From Giardia intestinalis (taxonomy: Eukaryota), in assembly GCA_000002435.2 (NCBI GenBank), contig CM018792.1: a stretch of 64,000 bases of DNA; one strand, 5' to 3'. Every line of letters starts with the position of its first letter. Position 1 is the stretch's first letter. Positions 21,757 to 30,568 of the stretch are shown piece by piece. The position numbers and the translations under genes are program-made. The notes below the pieces were generated by a model. It saw only the letters and a program-made list of their open reading frames with translations. It was not told where the DNA came from and did not search any database.

Positions 21757-22638
21757 ATGACGACAAGGCTGGCCGCCAAGAGGCTCGTCGTCGAGTACCT
21801 CCTCTACCTCAGGGCTGCGCAAGCCGTTGAGGACACCGACAACCTGGACGTCGCCATCGATTGCCTCCGGGACTGCTTCGGACTCAAGGACGTCAGGCAC
21901 GGCAACGGCGACCTGGAGCAGATCCTGAGCGGGGCGAAGGCGCCGGCGGTCTCCAGCACAAGCTCCAGCGAGCTCAAGGCGCAGGGCAACGCCGCCTTCA
22001 AGGCGGAGGACTTCCAGGAGGCGATCCGGCTCTTCACCCAGGCGATCGAGGTCTCGGCCGCGAACAACGAGCCCCCAGACCAGCGCGCCGTCTACTTCGC
22101 CAACCGGGCCGCCGCGCGCCTGGGCCTGAAGGCCGAGGAGGAGACCGCTCTTGCTGCCAAGGACTGCGAGGAGAGTGTGCGCCTTTGTCCAAGCTACCAC
22201 AAGGCGTGGTTCCGCCTCGGGAATATCCGTGAGAGTGCTGGTAATAAGCCTGAGGCGTACAGGGCGTACAGCCAGGCCCTGACGGCAGACCCTAGCAATC
22301 CGAAGTATCGCGAAGCCCGTGATCGTGTCAGCGAGGGCCGTCCTGAACAAGCCACCCCTGACCTCTCAGCACTTGCCAATAACCCTCTCTTTTCGCAGCT
22401 TCGGGATGATCCTGAAATTATCGCCTTGATGCAAAACCCCAAGGTGGCTGACCTTTTATCTAAAGTTAACTCGAATCCAATGGCCATTATGGGCGCCATG
22501 TCAGACCCGGAACTAGCCCCTATTTTCCAGCGCCTCGTCCAAAAGCTTGGGCCACAGCTTTCTAGCATGCTCGGTGGACTTGGTGGACTTTTCGGAGGAG
22601 GCGGAGCGAACTCTCCACCCTCGGGTATGTACTCGTGA
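21757..22638 (+). CDS. SGT: small glutamine-rich TPR co-chaperone SGT (Sgt2/SGTA homolog), 293 aa
   Basis: The N-terminal dimerisation helix KRLVVEYLLYLRAA...LDVAIDCLRDCFGL matches SGTA KRLAYAIIQFLHDQL...LEVAIQCLETAFGV. Three TPRs follow (ELKAQGNAAFKAEDFQEAIRLFTQAIE..., AVYFANRAAARLGL, AWFRLGNI). The C-terminus has NNPLF, Q/M-rich and Gly-rich segments. Confidence 0.9.
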   Translation: MTTRLAAKRLVVEYLLYLRAAQAVEDTDNLDVAIDCLRDCFGLKDVRHGNGDLEQILSGAKAPAVSSTSSSELKAQGNAAFKAEDFQEAIRLFTQAIEVSAANNEPPDQRAVYFANRAAARLGLKAEEETALAAKDCEESVRLCPSYHKAWFRLGNIRESAGNKPEAYRAYSQALTADPSNPKYREARDRVSEGRPEQATPDLSALANNPLFSQLRDDPEIIALMQNPKVADLLSKVNSNPMAIMGAMSDPELAPIFQRLVQKLGPQLSSMLGGLGGLFGGGGANSPPSGMYS

Positions 22639-22725
22639 CAAGTGAATGTGGTTCACTCCTTGTTTTCTGCCTAAACAATTCGGTACGAGCTGCCTTCAAG
22701 CGGCCGTTTGAGCACATAAAATTGG

Positions 22726-23001
22726 CTATAAAGATTGGTACTCACTATCCTGCAGTAGATTATAAAGCTCTGGGATGCTGACATCCTTACAGCTACGAGA
22801 GGGGTAAACCGGAATTGCCCACGAGCGTGTCACCTCCTGATTTTCAACGGCGCAAGAGTAATCGCTCGGTTTTAGAAAGCGATACACCTGTCCGTTAATA
22901 ACGATGTCGTCATCCCTTGGTGTTCCCCGAATCTGTACCAACATGTCCGGCTTTGGGGCAGAAGCCTCCTTTTTGGTCTGCTGGATAATGAATGGCGGCA
23001 T
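22726..23001 (-). CDS. small hypothetical protein, 91 aa
   Basis: An intact ORF with an AT-rich initiator (tataaaaacaaATG on the minus strand). No family was recognised by eye. Confidence 0.4.
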   Translation of the reverse strand: MPPFIIQQTKKEASAPKPDMLVQIRGTPRDDDIVINGQVYRFLKPSDYSCAVENQEVTRSWAIPVYPSRSCKDVSIPELYNLLQDSEYQSL

Positions 23002-23042
23002 TTGTTTTTATACATCTTCCATCTCTAATGAAACTCCGCAGT

Positions 23043-23297
23043 TTACTTCTGCTCCGCCGCACGGGCCTGTCTTGCCTTGGGGGTGTAGAGAAGAAGGTCA
23101 TCAATCAGGTCAACATGCGTGAGGAGCATACGCCGACAGCAATAGCGAGTAAGGCCGAGTTCATCCAGCGCCCGCTTAGCAGGAGTCTCTGAGCTTCCAC
23201 TTTCTTCTGCTCCGTATTCTCCTAAAAGCTTAAGGTATTTCTCGTATAGACTTCCAATGACCTTCCCGCAGGTGAAGCACCGAACAGGGATGATCAT
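23043..23297 (-). CDS. RPB10: DNA-directed RNA polymerases I/II/III subunit RPB10 (RPABC5)
   Basis: [15 protein letters not shown]...[18 protein letters not shown] is the RPB10 signature, including the CxxC...CC zinc site. The track ORF (to 23411) is over-extended. The Met at 23295-23297 has an aaaaaataATG initiator and corresponds to the RPB10 N-terminus. An unusual C-terminal extension of about 20 aa is present. Confidence 0.9.
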   Translation of the reverse strand: MIIPVRCFTCGKVIGSLYEKYLKLLGEYGAEESGSSETPAKRALDELGLTRYCCRRMLLTHVDLIDDLLLYTPKARQARAAEQK

Positions 23298-23316
23298 TAT
23301 TTTTTGGTGCATAGGA

Positions 23317-26300
23317 ATGGCCCTCCCTGACACAGCTCCCTTGACTCTCTCTAGGCAGGTTGCCAGCCGCCTGAGCCATGTATACGGCGGGGATATCCGT
23401 GCTCGATGCATAGAGCATACCCTTCACCAGAACTGCATAAGGATCTGTGAAATGGCGCTCAATCTACGCAAGGACTTTCAACGAGAGCGACAATCGGACC
23501 CACCTCTGCCTGAATTCTACGCAGCTGCCATCAATAACATAGAGCCAATTGCTTATTACTATATGCTCCCTTGTAATATTTTACCGTGCCTCCCTGTTTC
23601 TAGCATTAAGAAGCGCTTTCTCTTCAGGACCCTTTTCGATATCCATCACTTTCCCGGACTCTATCATGTGACGGAGCTTCTTGAGACAGGCGTTTTTGAT
23701 GACTATTCAGAGGACGAGCACGATGAGCTGAACAAGAACTTCGGGCGGAGCATCCCAAATACTAATGGCCCTGCAATGCCACGTGCAAAGAAACGCTTGA
23801 GTACCCATGTCCTCCATGAAATCGCAGATATACGTTTGAAGGGCGTGGGAACTATGTCGGCCAACGGAGGACCCAAATGCACTGGCCAATTCGACAAGTT
23901 AGCTCAGGTACGAGCAAAAGATCATCTTATGAAGCAACTCAATACGATTGCTGTAACCACGGCGATGATTGAAGACGTTGACCGCACTGAGGGTTCTTCC
24001 GGCAACACTGCTTGTGATTCTAAAATACCAAGCACACTTAAGGACTCAGCCGAGGACACTCCCCTTCTCACAATAGACCATAAGCAGGAGTCAATTCGCC
24101 TCCTTGAGAACATGCTTCCATGCAGCGTGTTTGACTCTGTCGCTCAATTCATTCGAAGAAAGGATTTCACACCTCCCCTGACACGTGAAAAGTGGGTTGA
24201 TTATTCAACGAACTTCTTGAAAAAACGTTCGTGGGGAGAGATACGAACCATATCCTATGAGCAGGCCTTTTTGATATGCAACATTCTTGAGGTTGATGCG
24301 TCTCCAGACTTTCCCGATTTATCCATACTTACCAAACTGATCTGCGAAGAGCTAACGGAGAAAGGTATCGAAGTCATTCCCGAGTACGAACCGATTTTTC
24401 ATGAGATTGTCCGGGTAAAATTGCAGAATATCCTCCAAGATAATTCTGCACGCGTGATCACTGTTCTAGACACATTCACTCCTGATGATCTACAAAGCCT
24501 AATGATTGTGACCAAGGGGCACCGAAACATCACGGAGCAGCTTTCTACATCAGGAGCTAAGTTACTATTCTCCAGATGGCAAAGGCTTACAACAACCGAC
24601 TACATTATACGGTCTTCTGAGCCCACGCCTGAATCCATCCTTTATTCCCTCACAGAAACTAATTCTCTCGGAGTTTCTCGGAAAAGGGAAAAAGACGTCG
24701 CCGAAAACACTATGCTGGTAGCCATGCAACACTTTATTGAGGGTGTGTTACCTGATTGTCACCAGCTGATAAAAGACGCTATTTGTGACTTTTTGGATGC
24801 GAATACTACAAATAGCTGCTTTGTAGCCGATATCCTAGAGAATTTGACAAACAGGACTAAGGCCACAGAAAACCACAGCCAGATCACTCTTTCAGAATTG
24901 TCTCTTCCATCGTTAGACATCCTCGGCAAGGAGTATCACTTTAGCTCTAATGTTAGCGCTCAGCCAACTACTTGTCTTCTGGAAGAGAATAAGATAGCAA
25001 TTTCTGAAATGTTAACTATGCTTGGTAAGAAGGTCTGGATGCATAGAGTTTGCGATATGTATGCTCTCGTCACTAAGCTAGCTCCCTTCCTTCACCGCAC
25101 AGAAACGTCTGGAATCAGGGTAGTGCCACTTTCGTTGACATCTTATTTTGTCGATTATTTGAGTGCGCGTGCAAGCTACCTTGTATCCACAGAGGATGTT
25201 GTGAAGAAGGACCCTCTTTGTCGTTTCACAGACGGATGGACTAAATACGCACAACAGTCGTGCAATAACCTTTGGTATTGTCCGTTTCCCATTGATGATA
25301 GAATTGTTTCTCACTATACGCAACTCTTTCATACCATAATCGCATTTGCGATCACGCTTACTATCACTGAGCCACGAGTAGCTCCCAGAGAACTTGCTTA
25401 CGAACTTGGATATGTCGCCTTATTTGGCCTGGAACGATCTTCTGTGACTGCTCATGTTGTCACTGGCTGTAAGTATCTTTATGCTACAGCCGTCAACTGT
25501 TTGAACCACACCGCTGGAAACATCATATCAGACTACTTTCAACTGCCAAACATGACGTTTGTATCCGGATACTTAGCTAGAAGATGTTTATTATACATGC
25601 AATACTACTCAGCAGCAAAGAAGGACAAGATGTCCTCTAAGTCTGATAACCCTCTATCAGAGTCTAAATATGATGAGCATATAACTAAGTTTGGATCTCA
25701 ACTAGCACCCGACAGATCCCACTCGGTGCAAGAGCACTCTACGAGTCAAACGGAAACCAAGTGTCTAGTTTTTGCAAGAGGAAGGAAAGGTCCTTTGGGT
25801 GATCGTCTCTTTTCTGAGAGGAACATAATCCGTGATACTTCCACTCCAGGTAGAAGCTTTACGGTAAATGCCAGAGGATCTAAGTATGGATCCAAAACTC
25901 AACTGGCGCGACAGAAGATGTCGCTCCCTCCTAAGTCTTTGCGATGTGATTATTCAAATCGGTCTATATCTTCGCGGAAGAGTACTTGTCATTTCACACT
26001 AGCACCCAAGCAAGAATTAGATTCCGCGACTCCGTTTTCAACTACAATCAAGACACGACAGACTACTCAAGCAAATGAGAAGTCGTCATGTGATACTGGT
26101 GTGCACTCTTATGAGGATGAAGAGCACCTACTGATAGCGGGCTGTGTTCCAGATTTAGCGCTTTATAATGAGATTTACGAAGACTTTTCGCTGACAGACT
26201 TTCAGACGCGCAGTCTGTTTTCGTCCAAACCTGTCTCTGCTCGGCTCTGTCTCCAGATGCTTCTTATGTCTTCGTGCCTAAACGGCTCGCTCAATGTCGT

Positions 26301-29300
26301 CGATCTTCTAGCAGAGAGCACCATAAACCGGAGAATAGAAAACGAGATAAAGGCCTTACGTGTTTTGACAGGCGTTTGTATTTCTCAGTCCAGACTACTA
26401 TACGATAATATAACGTCATACGGGTTTCAATATATCTCTGATCTGGTAAAACCGCCGGGCACACGGATTTACCTACGGGAATGCAAGAGCGAAAACCACA
26501 TCATCGATGCAGAAATTCGGCTCATCAGATTGTTGATAGCGTGCAGGATCCCGTACGCATATTCTCCGTCGGTCGTTATGGCGGCTGGTCAGCTTGTGTT
26601 TATGGATATAAGTGGGACCCGCCTTTTGAACTCAATAGCGACGATGAACGAAAGAATAGTTGGTCTAAGTACTACAGAACGTTCTGTAGCGATGCAACCT
26701 CCTTGTTTCTTGCGGGGAGAGCTTCCTTACTCAACGTCTGGAGGTGGAATAATGGTAACTGCTGGCCTAGTTGAGAAGAAGAAAATCCTAGAAATGTGTG
26801 TAGAGGATGAGACCTTCTACATCAAGTCTCTCCTCATAAACAAAACCGACATGCCATCCCAGACCATTCCTCGAGCTCTCTTCCCAAGTTGGCCCACTAT
26901 GAACCTCTATCTTCCTTCCCATAATATTCCTTCAGCAAGTCTGGCCCACACTAAGATACAGGAGCAAATACTCAGGGACCGCCAATGCTATGGTTCTGAC
27001 TTAAGGGTGAATGAAGCAATGTTTTCGCTATTTACAGAGCCCATGTTTCTCAACAAGCACATAGACGCGGAAAATGCGGAGCTTTACTATCGTATTCGGA
27101 GGGTCCTTTCATCTGCCTGCAACATATGCGATGTCGTTTCCTTGGATTGGCGACTAACTTCTCTGTTGTACAGCCTTTCATTCTCTGGGGAAGAGTTTCT
27201 CAGCGGCCCCTCTCAGATCGCAGATCTTACGTTCAAACTCGATCCAGCGTCACAGCTAGTTACTCTGAGTATTCGCGTCGGTCTTTACATGCAGTTACAA
27301 GTAGAAACCGAGGCTATTTCTAATTGCATAACCATTGGAATGCTGATGGCGGTGTTGCAGAGCTCCCTTGAGAATACTGGCAGCTCCAAAGACATAACTA
27401 TTTACTTCACCCCTTTGCTAGTGGACTATATTTTAACTGCAATCATGTCCCAGCATTTTTCGGAAGATAAGAAGCTGACTCAGCGTGATGTCATCAACAT
27501 GATCGGTCTAACGGATCCCAACAATCTACAAGTGGCGTCCTTGTTGCCCTCACACGATAACAACTCGTATAGAACAAAGCTGTCAAGCAACATCGGGCAC
27601 AGAATCCTTACTCAGCAAGCAGAAGAAATAGCCGAGCTTTTCTTGTTCCAGTGTCCCGAGCATTACGGCCACCCGGGTGCCAACTGTGTCGCAGACTTTC
27701 TTAATTTGACAGCCCAAGCCCAGAGTGGAATAGCAGCAATACACGAGTCAGCGGCTCTGAGCAATTTGACAGAAACTCTCATGCCAACCCTTTTCTACAC
27801 GATGCTTTTCCCCGCTAGGCGATTCCTCCACAGCTATTTCGACAGCTGTGCCATGAACTACATGATGGCCGAGGAAAAGCTCGTCATTTTCGAGGATGGT
27901 TTTGTAGATGCTTTGCGCACAGGATACGTAACCGGCGTCAATCCCCACCGAAGTGGATCTGCTCTTCGCATTCATACAAATGTGGATGAGGACCACTTTC
28001 GGTGGCACAGCTCCCTCTTACACATCGGGCTTATTAGACTGAGAAAATACTTACTGGATCAGCTCTTTAGGAAAGAGTATCAGCTTAACTATGCAATGAC
28101 ACTTAAGTCTCACGCGATGATTGAACAAGCAAGCAGATACACATGCCTAATTATCAAGAACTCTATCACAGCTAGCTTTCTTCCAGAGCAGTTGAAGGAG
28201 TTTATACGGACCGTGATAAACGACATTTCCATCTACGGCAAGATCCTTTGTGAGCTGGCCAGCTTCAATCCACTGACGTCGAGCACTGTTATATCGCGCG
28301 CCTATGCAGAGTTTAACGGCATATACTATATGAGAGGGACCCATCTGGTGAACATCTTGGGGAAGATATTCTCATTATGCGATTGCACTCTAGAAAAGCC
28401 CAACCTCCGTGAGAAAATGCTTCATATCGTTCGAATAGGCTGTGAGAATAAGCACGAAAATGTGAACAAATATGAAGAAAACCCAAAGAGGACGGTCAGC
28501 CATATCACATCCACACCTCGGGGCCTAGTCCAGCTTCCTAAAGCTATCATACGGTACCTGTACAGATGTATGCAAAAGAGAGTCGAGCGCACGCTGTTTC
28601 CGCCTAAACACCCCATTAGAAACTATTTCGAACTAGGTCAGAAAACAGAGGCAACTCCTCTGATGCCCATAGTGTTGGGTGGCCTTCCACCATTTGAAGT
28701 TGTGGAACTGGCTGAGGGCTTAGTCTTTTCCAATGAGAGGTCACTCATGATCTCCAGCAACAAAATAATATTGGCCGACATCCTCAATAGGGCGATCATC
28801 CTTAGAACATCTATTGATGTTTTTGGTCAGTATAATGTAGGCACCATTTACCGTCGCTTCATTAAGCTCTATAGGCTCTGGAAACAATACGCAACATATC
28901 AGACTGTTGAGCTAGGGACTAGCGCGACTTCTAGCGGGATTCAAGAGCTAGGGTCGTCGCACACACTCATCAACGGTCTTATTCCCCTCGCTGAAGTACT
29001 CAAAGCATATGACACGGTAAACGATACTGCCCATCAGGAAAAATTTAAGTGCAATCTGGAGAACCTTCTTCAGGAGGCGGCAAGTACATCCGAGTCCGGG
29101 GTGCTTGTATCTCAAAGCCCTGAAGCAGCTATTTCAGATAACATTTTCGATAACGCATTTTTGGAATCCATAAAGGAACAGCTTAACAACTCGGTGGTGA
29201 CCAAGTTACATTCCTTAGTCATAACAGAAGACGATGGCAATTGCCAAAACAGAGCGCATCAACTAGAGATGCTGAGTCGCAGATATTGGATCCAGCAGAC

Positions 29301-29448
29301 AACTAATACGTCCGCCAATGTTCCCTTAGACACATTTCTTCACTTTGTAGCACGAAACTCCGCCTTGGCTCGCCATAACGGTAAGATTCTGGGGATGACA
29401 GGCCTAATATATAATGTCATCGAAGATGTTCTTGACTATGACGTCTAA
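23317..29448 (+). CDS. very large hypothetical protein (about 2040 aa), no recognisable domain
   Basis: A single uninterrupted ORF. The track start (23257) overlaps RPB10 on the opposite strand. The ATG at 23317 lies 19 bp from the RPB10 start, which suggests a shared divergent initiator. The composition is helical and globular, and no catalytic motif was spotted. Confidence 0.55.
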   Translation: MALPDTAPLTLSRQVASRLSHVYGGDIRARCIEHTLHQNCIRICEMALNLRKDFQRERQSDPPLPEFYAAAINNIEPIAYYYMLPCNILPCLPVSSIKKRFLFRTLFDIHHFPGLYHVTELLETGVFDDYSEDEHDELNKNFGRSIPNTNGPAMPRAKKRLSTHVLHEIADIRLKGVGTMSANGGPKCTGQFDKLAQVRAKDHLMKQLNTIAVTTAMIEDVDRTEGSSGNTACDSKIPSTLKDSAEDTPLLTIDHKQESIRLLENMLPCSVFDSVAQFIRRKDFTPPLTREKWVDYSTNFLKKRSWGEIRTISYEQAFLICNILEVDASPDFPDLSILTKLICEELTEKGIEVIPEYEPIFHEIVRVKLQNILQDNSARVITVLDTFTPDDLQSLMIVTKGHRNITEQLSTSGAKLLFSRWQRLTTTDYIIRSSEPTPESILYSLTETNSLGVSRKREKDVAENTMLVAMQHFIEGVLPDCHQLIKDAICDFLDANTTNSCFVADILENLTNRTKATENHSQITLSELSLPSLDILGKEYHFSSNVSAQPTTCLLEENKIAISEMLTMLGKKVWMHRVCDMYALVTKLAPFLHRTETSGIRVVPLSLTSYFVDYLSARASYLVSTEDVVKKDPLCRFTDGWTKYAQQSCNNLWYCPFPIDDRIVSHYTQLFHTIIAFAITLTITEPRVAPRELAYELGYVALFGLERSSVTAHVVTGCKYLYATAVNCLNHTAGNIISDYFQLPNMTFVSGYLARRCLLYMQYYSAAKKDKMSSKSDNPLSESKYDEHITKFGSQLAPDRSHSVQEHSTSQTETKCLVFARGRKGPLGDRLFSERNIIRDTSTPGRSFTVNARGSKYGSKTQLARQKMSLPPKSLRCDYSNRSISSRKSTCHFTLAPKQELDSATPFSTTIKTRQTTQANEKSSCDTGVHSYEDEEHLLIAGCVPDLALYNEIYEDFSLTDFQTRSLFSSKPVSARLCLQMLLMSSCLNGSLNVVDLLAESTINRRIENEIKALRVLTGVCISQSRLLYDNITSYGFQYISDLVKPPGTRIYLRECKSENHIIDAEIRLIRLLIACRIPYAYSPSVVMAAGQLVFMDISGTRLLNSIATMNERIVGLSTTERSVAMQPPCFLRGELPYSTSGGGIMVTAGLVEKKKILEMCVEDETFYIKSLLINKTDMPSQTIPRALFPSWPTMNLYLPSHNIPSASLAHTKIQEQILRDRQCYGSDLRVNEAMFSLFTEPMFLNKHIDAENAELYYRIRRVLSSACNICDVVSLDWRLTSLLYSLSFSGEEFLSGPSQIADLTFKLDPASQLVTLSIRVGLYMQLQVETEAISNCITIGMLMAVLQSSLENTGSSKDITIYFTPLLVDYILTAIMSQHFSEDKKLTQRDVINMIGLTDPNNLQVASLLPSHDNNSYRTKLSSNIGHRILTQQAEEIAELFLFQCPEHYGHPGANCVADFLNLTAQAQSGIAAIHESAALSNLTETLMPTLFYTMLFPARRFLHSYFDSCAMNYMMAEEKLVIFEDGFVDALRTGYVTGVNPHRSGSALRIHTNVDEDHFRWHSSLLHIGLIRLRKYLLDQLFRKEYQLNYAMTLKSHAMIEQASRYTCLIIKNSITASFLPEQLKEFIRTVINDISIYGKILCELASFNPLTSSTVISRAYAEFNGIYYMRGTHLVNILGKIFSLCDCTLEKPNLREKMLHIVRIGCENKHENVNKYEENPKRTVSHITSTPRGLVQLPKAIIRYLYRCMQKRVERTLFPPKHPIRNYFELGQKTEATPLMPIVLGGLPPFEVVELAEGLVFSNERSLMISSNKIILADILNRAIILRTSIDVFGQYNVGTIYRRFIKLYRLWKQYATYQTVELGTSATSSGIQELGSSHTLINGLIPLAEVLKAYDTVNDTAHQEKFKCNLENLLQEAASTSESGVLVSQSPEAAISDNIFDNAFLESIKEQLNNSVVTKLHSLVITEDDGNCQNRAHQLEMLSRRYWIQQTTNTSANVPLDTFLHFVARNSALARHNGKILGMTGLIYNVIEDVLDYDV

Positions 29449-29831
29449 GAGGAGGCCGTATCCGCTACCATTCCCCCAACAAGCGGAAGCCCTTTGAGCA
29501 AAAATCCAAAGATGGCCATAAACGGCTTGAACAAAAGCAAAAAGCCCAACATCTGAACCACGCCGCCCACTACAACGTAGCGTGACAAAACAAGAATCAA
29601 CCCGAGCATATATAGTGACGTCGCGATCAAGGATGACCCGCGCAAGAAGAGCTTATAAAACCTGGAAGGACTCAAAAAGATTATGACGCCCGCTGTTGAT
29701 ACCAGGTTACCTAATGCAAGGAAGCCCCGGTCCAGCAGTAACACTAGGCCAAGAGCGCTGAACATAAGCCCGCACCCCAAGAGGACGAGCCCAACAGATC
29801 GGTCCTGGAAGTCCAGGATCCTGTTCAGCAT
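29445..29831 (-). CDS. GOT1: Golgi transport protein GOT1 (GOLT1/Got1p family), 4-TM, 128 aa
   Basis: There is collinear similarity to GOLT1B. LDFQDRSVGLVLLGCGLMF matches LTDTQKIGMGLTGFGVFF, LLDRGFLALGNLVSTAG matches FFDKALLAIGNVLFVAG, and GFLLLFKPFMAIFGFLLKGLPLVG matches GFFLLFRGFFPVVVGFIRRVPVLG. The stop (TAG) overlaps the stop (TAA) of the convergent giant gene within CTAA. Confidence 0.8.
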   Translation of the reverse strand: MLNRILDFQDRSVGLVLLGCGLMFSALGLVLLLDRGFLALGNLVSTAGVIIFLSPSRFYKLFLRGSSLIATSLYMLGLILVLSRYVVVGGVVQMLGFLLLFKPFMAIFGFLLKGLPLVGGMVADTASS

Positions 29832-29917
29832 CTTCTAGTTTGGTCGCTGTGCAACGCAATTTAAAAACTGCAATTTATCACTCATTCGATTTATTGGCAG
29901 AGGCTCAAGGCCCGATA

Positions 29918-30436
29918 ATGGGGAAGGGTGGCAGACATCCAGCATACATCAGGGCCCACTCCAAACGCCAGGATGTCACCCGGGCCATGGAGAAGAATGC
30001 CCAAGCTCTCAAGGAGGGGGACATGAACTTTACGAAACAGCTGCTCGAGAACCACCGCATAAAGGAACAGATCCAAGTCCAAATGAAACTGAAGCGGGCG
30101 CAGGAGGCGCAGCAGATAACGCAAGAATCTTCGCAAACTGAGGTCTTGTCCGAGAAATCCAAGGAGGAGATGTACAAGACTAACCAAGAGCGACTTCGAG
30201 AGTTAGCAGAGATACAGCCGACATCATATGAACACGCCATCAAATTGTCTGAAGAGCGCCAGAGAAGGATTGCATTGGAAAAGGAACGCATCGCAGCAGA
30301 AAAGCAAATTATAAAGGAAAAGAGAGAGCTGCGGAATCGGGCCCGGAAGGCCAGATTTAAGTTCACAGCAAAGGGGCAGCCCGTGATGGAGGCGTATATT
30401 GCCAACCTTCTCAAGCAAATCGAGAAAGGCAAGTAG
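29918..30436 (+). CDS. charged coiled-coil protein (K/E/Q-rich), about 172 aa
   Basis: The ORF runs from ATG 29918 (MGKGGRHPAYIRAHSKRQ...). The track start at 29840 is TTG. Heptad-like K/E/R repeats fill the rest. No family was assigned. Confidence 0.45.
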   Translation: MGKGGRHPAYIRAHSKRQDVTRAMEKNAQALKEGDMNFTKQLLENHRIKEQIQVQMKLKRAQEAQQITQESSQTEVLSEKSKEEMYKTNQERLRELAEIQPTSYEHAIKLSEERQRRIALEKERIAAEKQIIKEKRELRNRARKARFKFTAKGQPVMEAYIANLLKQIEKGK

Positions 30437-30568
30437 GAGCACAAGTAAATTTCTGCCCACGCTATTCTTTGGGACTTGGAAGATGCCCTGCGAGCTGGCT
30501 CGGGAAAAGGAATACAGAGTTAAAATGCTTATGTTATTGTGTGGACAAATTAAACGGAAAAAAGATAG

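Larger units (their letters stand above)
18029..22157. repeat. inverted repeat arm B (4129 bp), reverse-complement of 7961-12089
   Basis: See arm A. It contains the kinase 3' copy, UBL-UBA copy 2 and the first 401 nt of the full-length SGT gene. Confidence 0.85.

Noticed and set aside
21358-22350. 330-codon antisense ORF over the UBL-UBA and SGT genes, and its twin at 8218-8760
   Set aside because: It shows the mirror-image GC-rich effect and is R/P/G-rich with no motifs. The sense strand has unambiguous homology.
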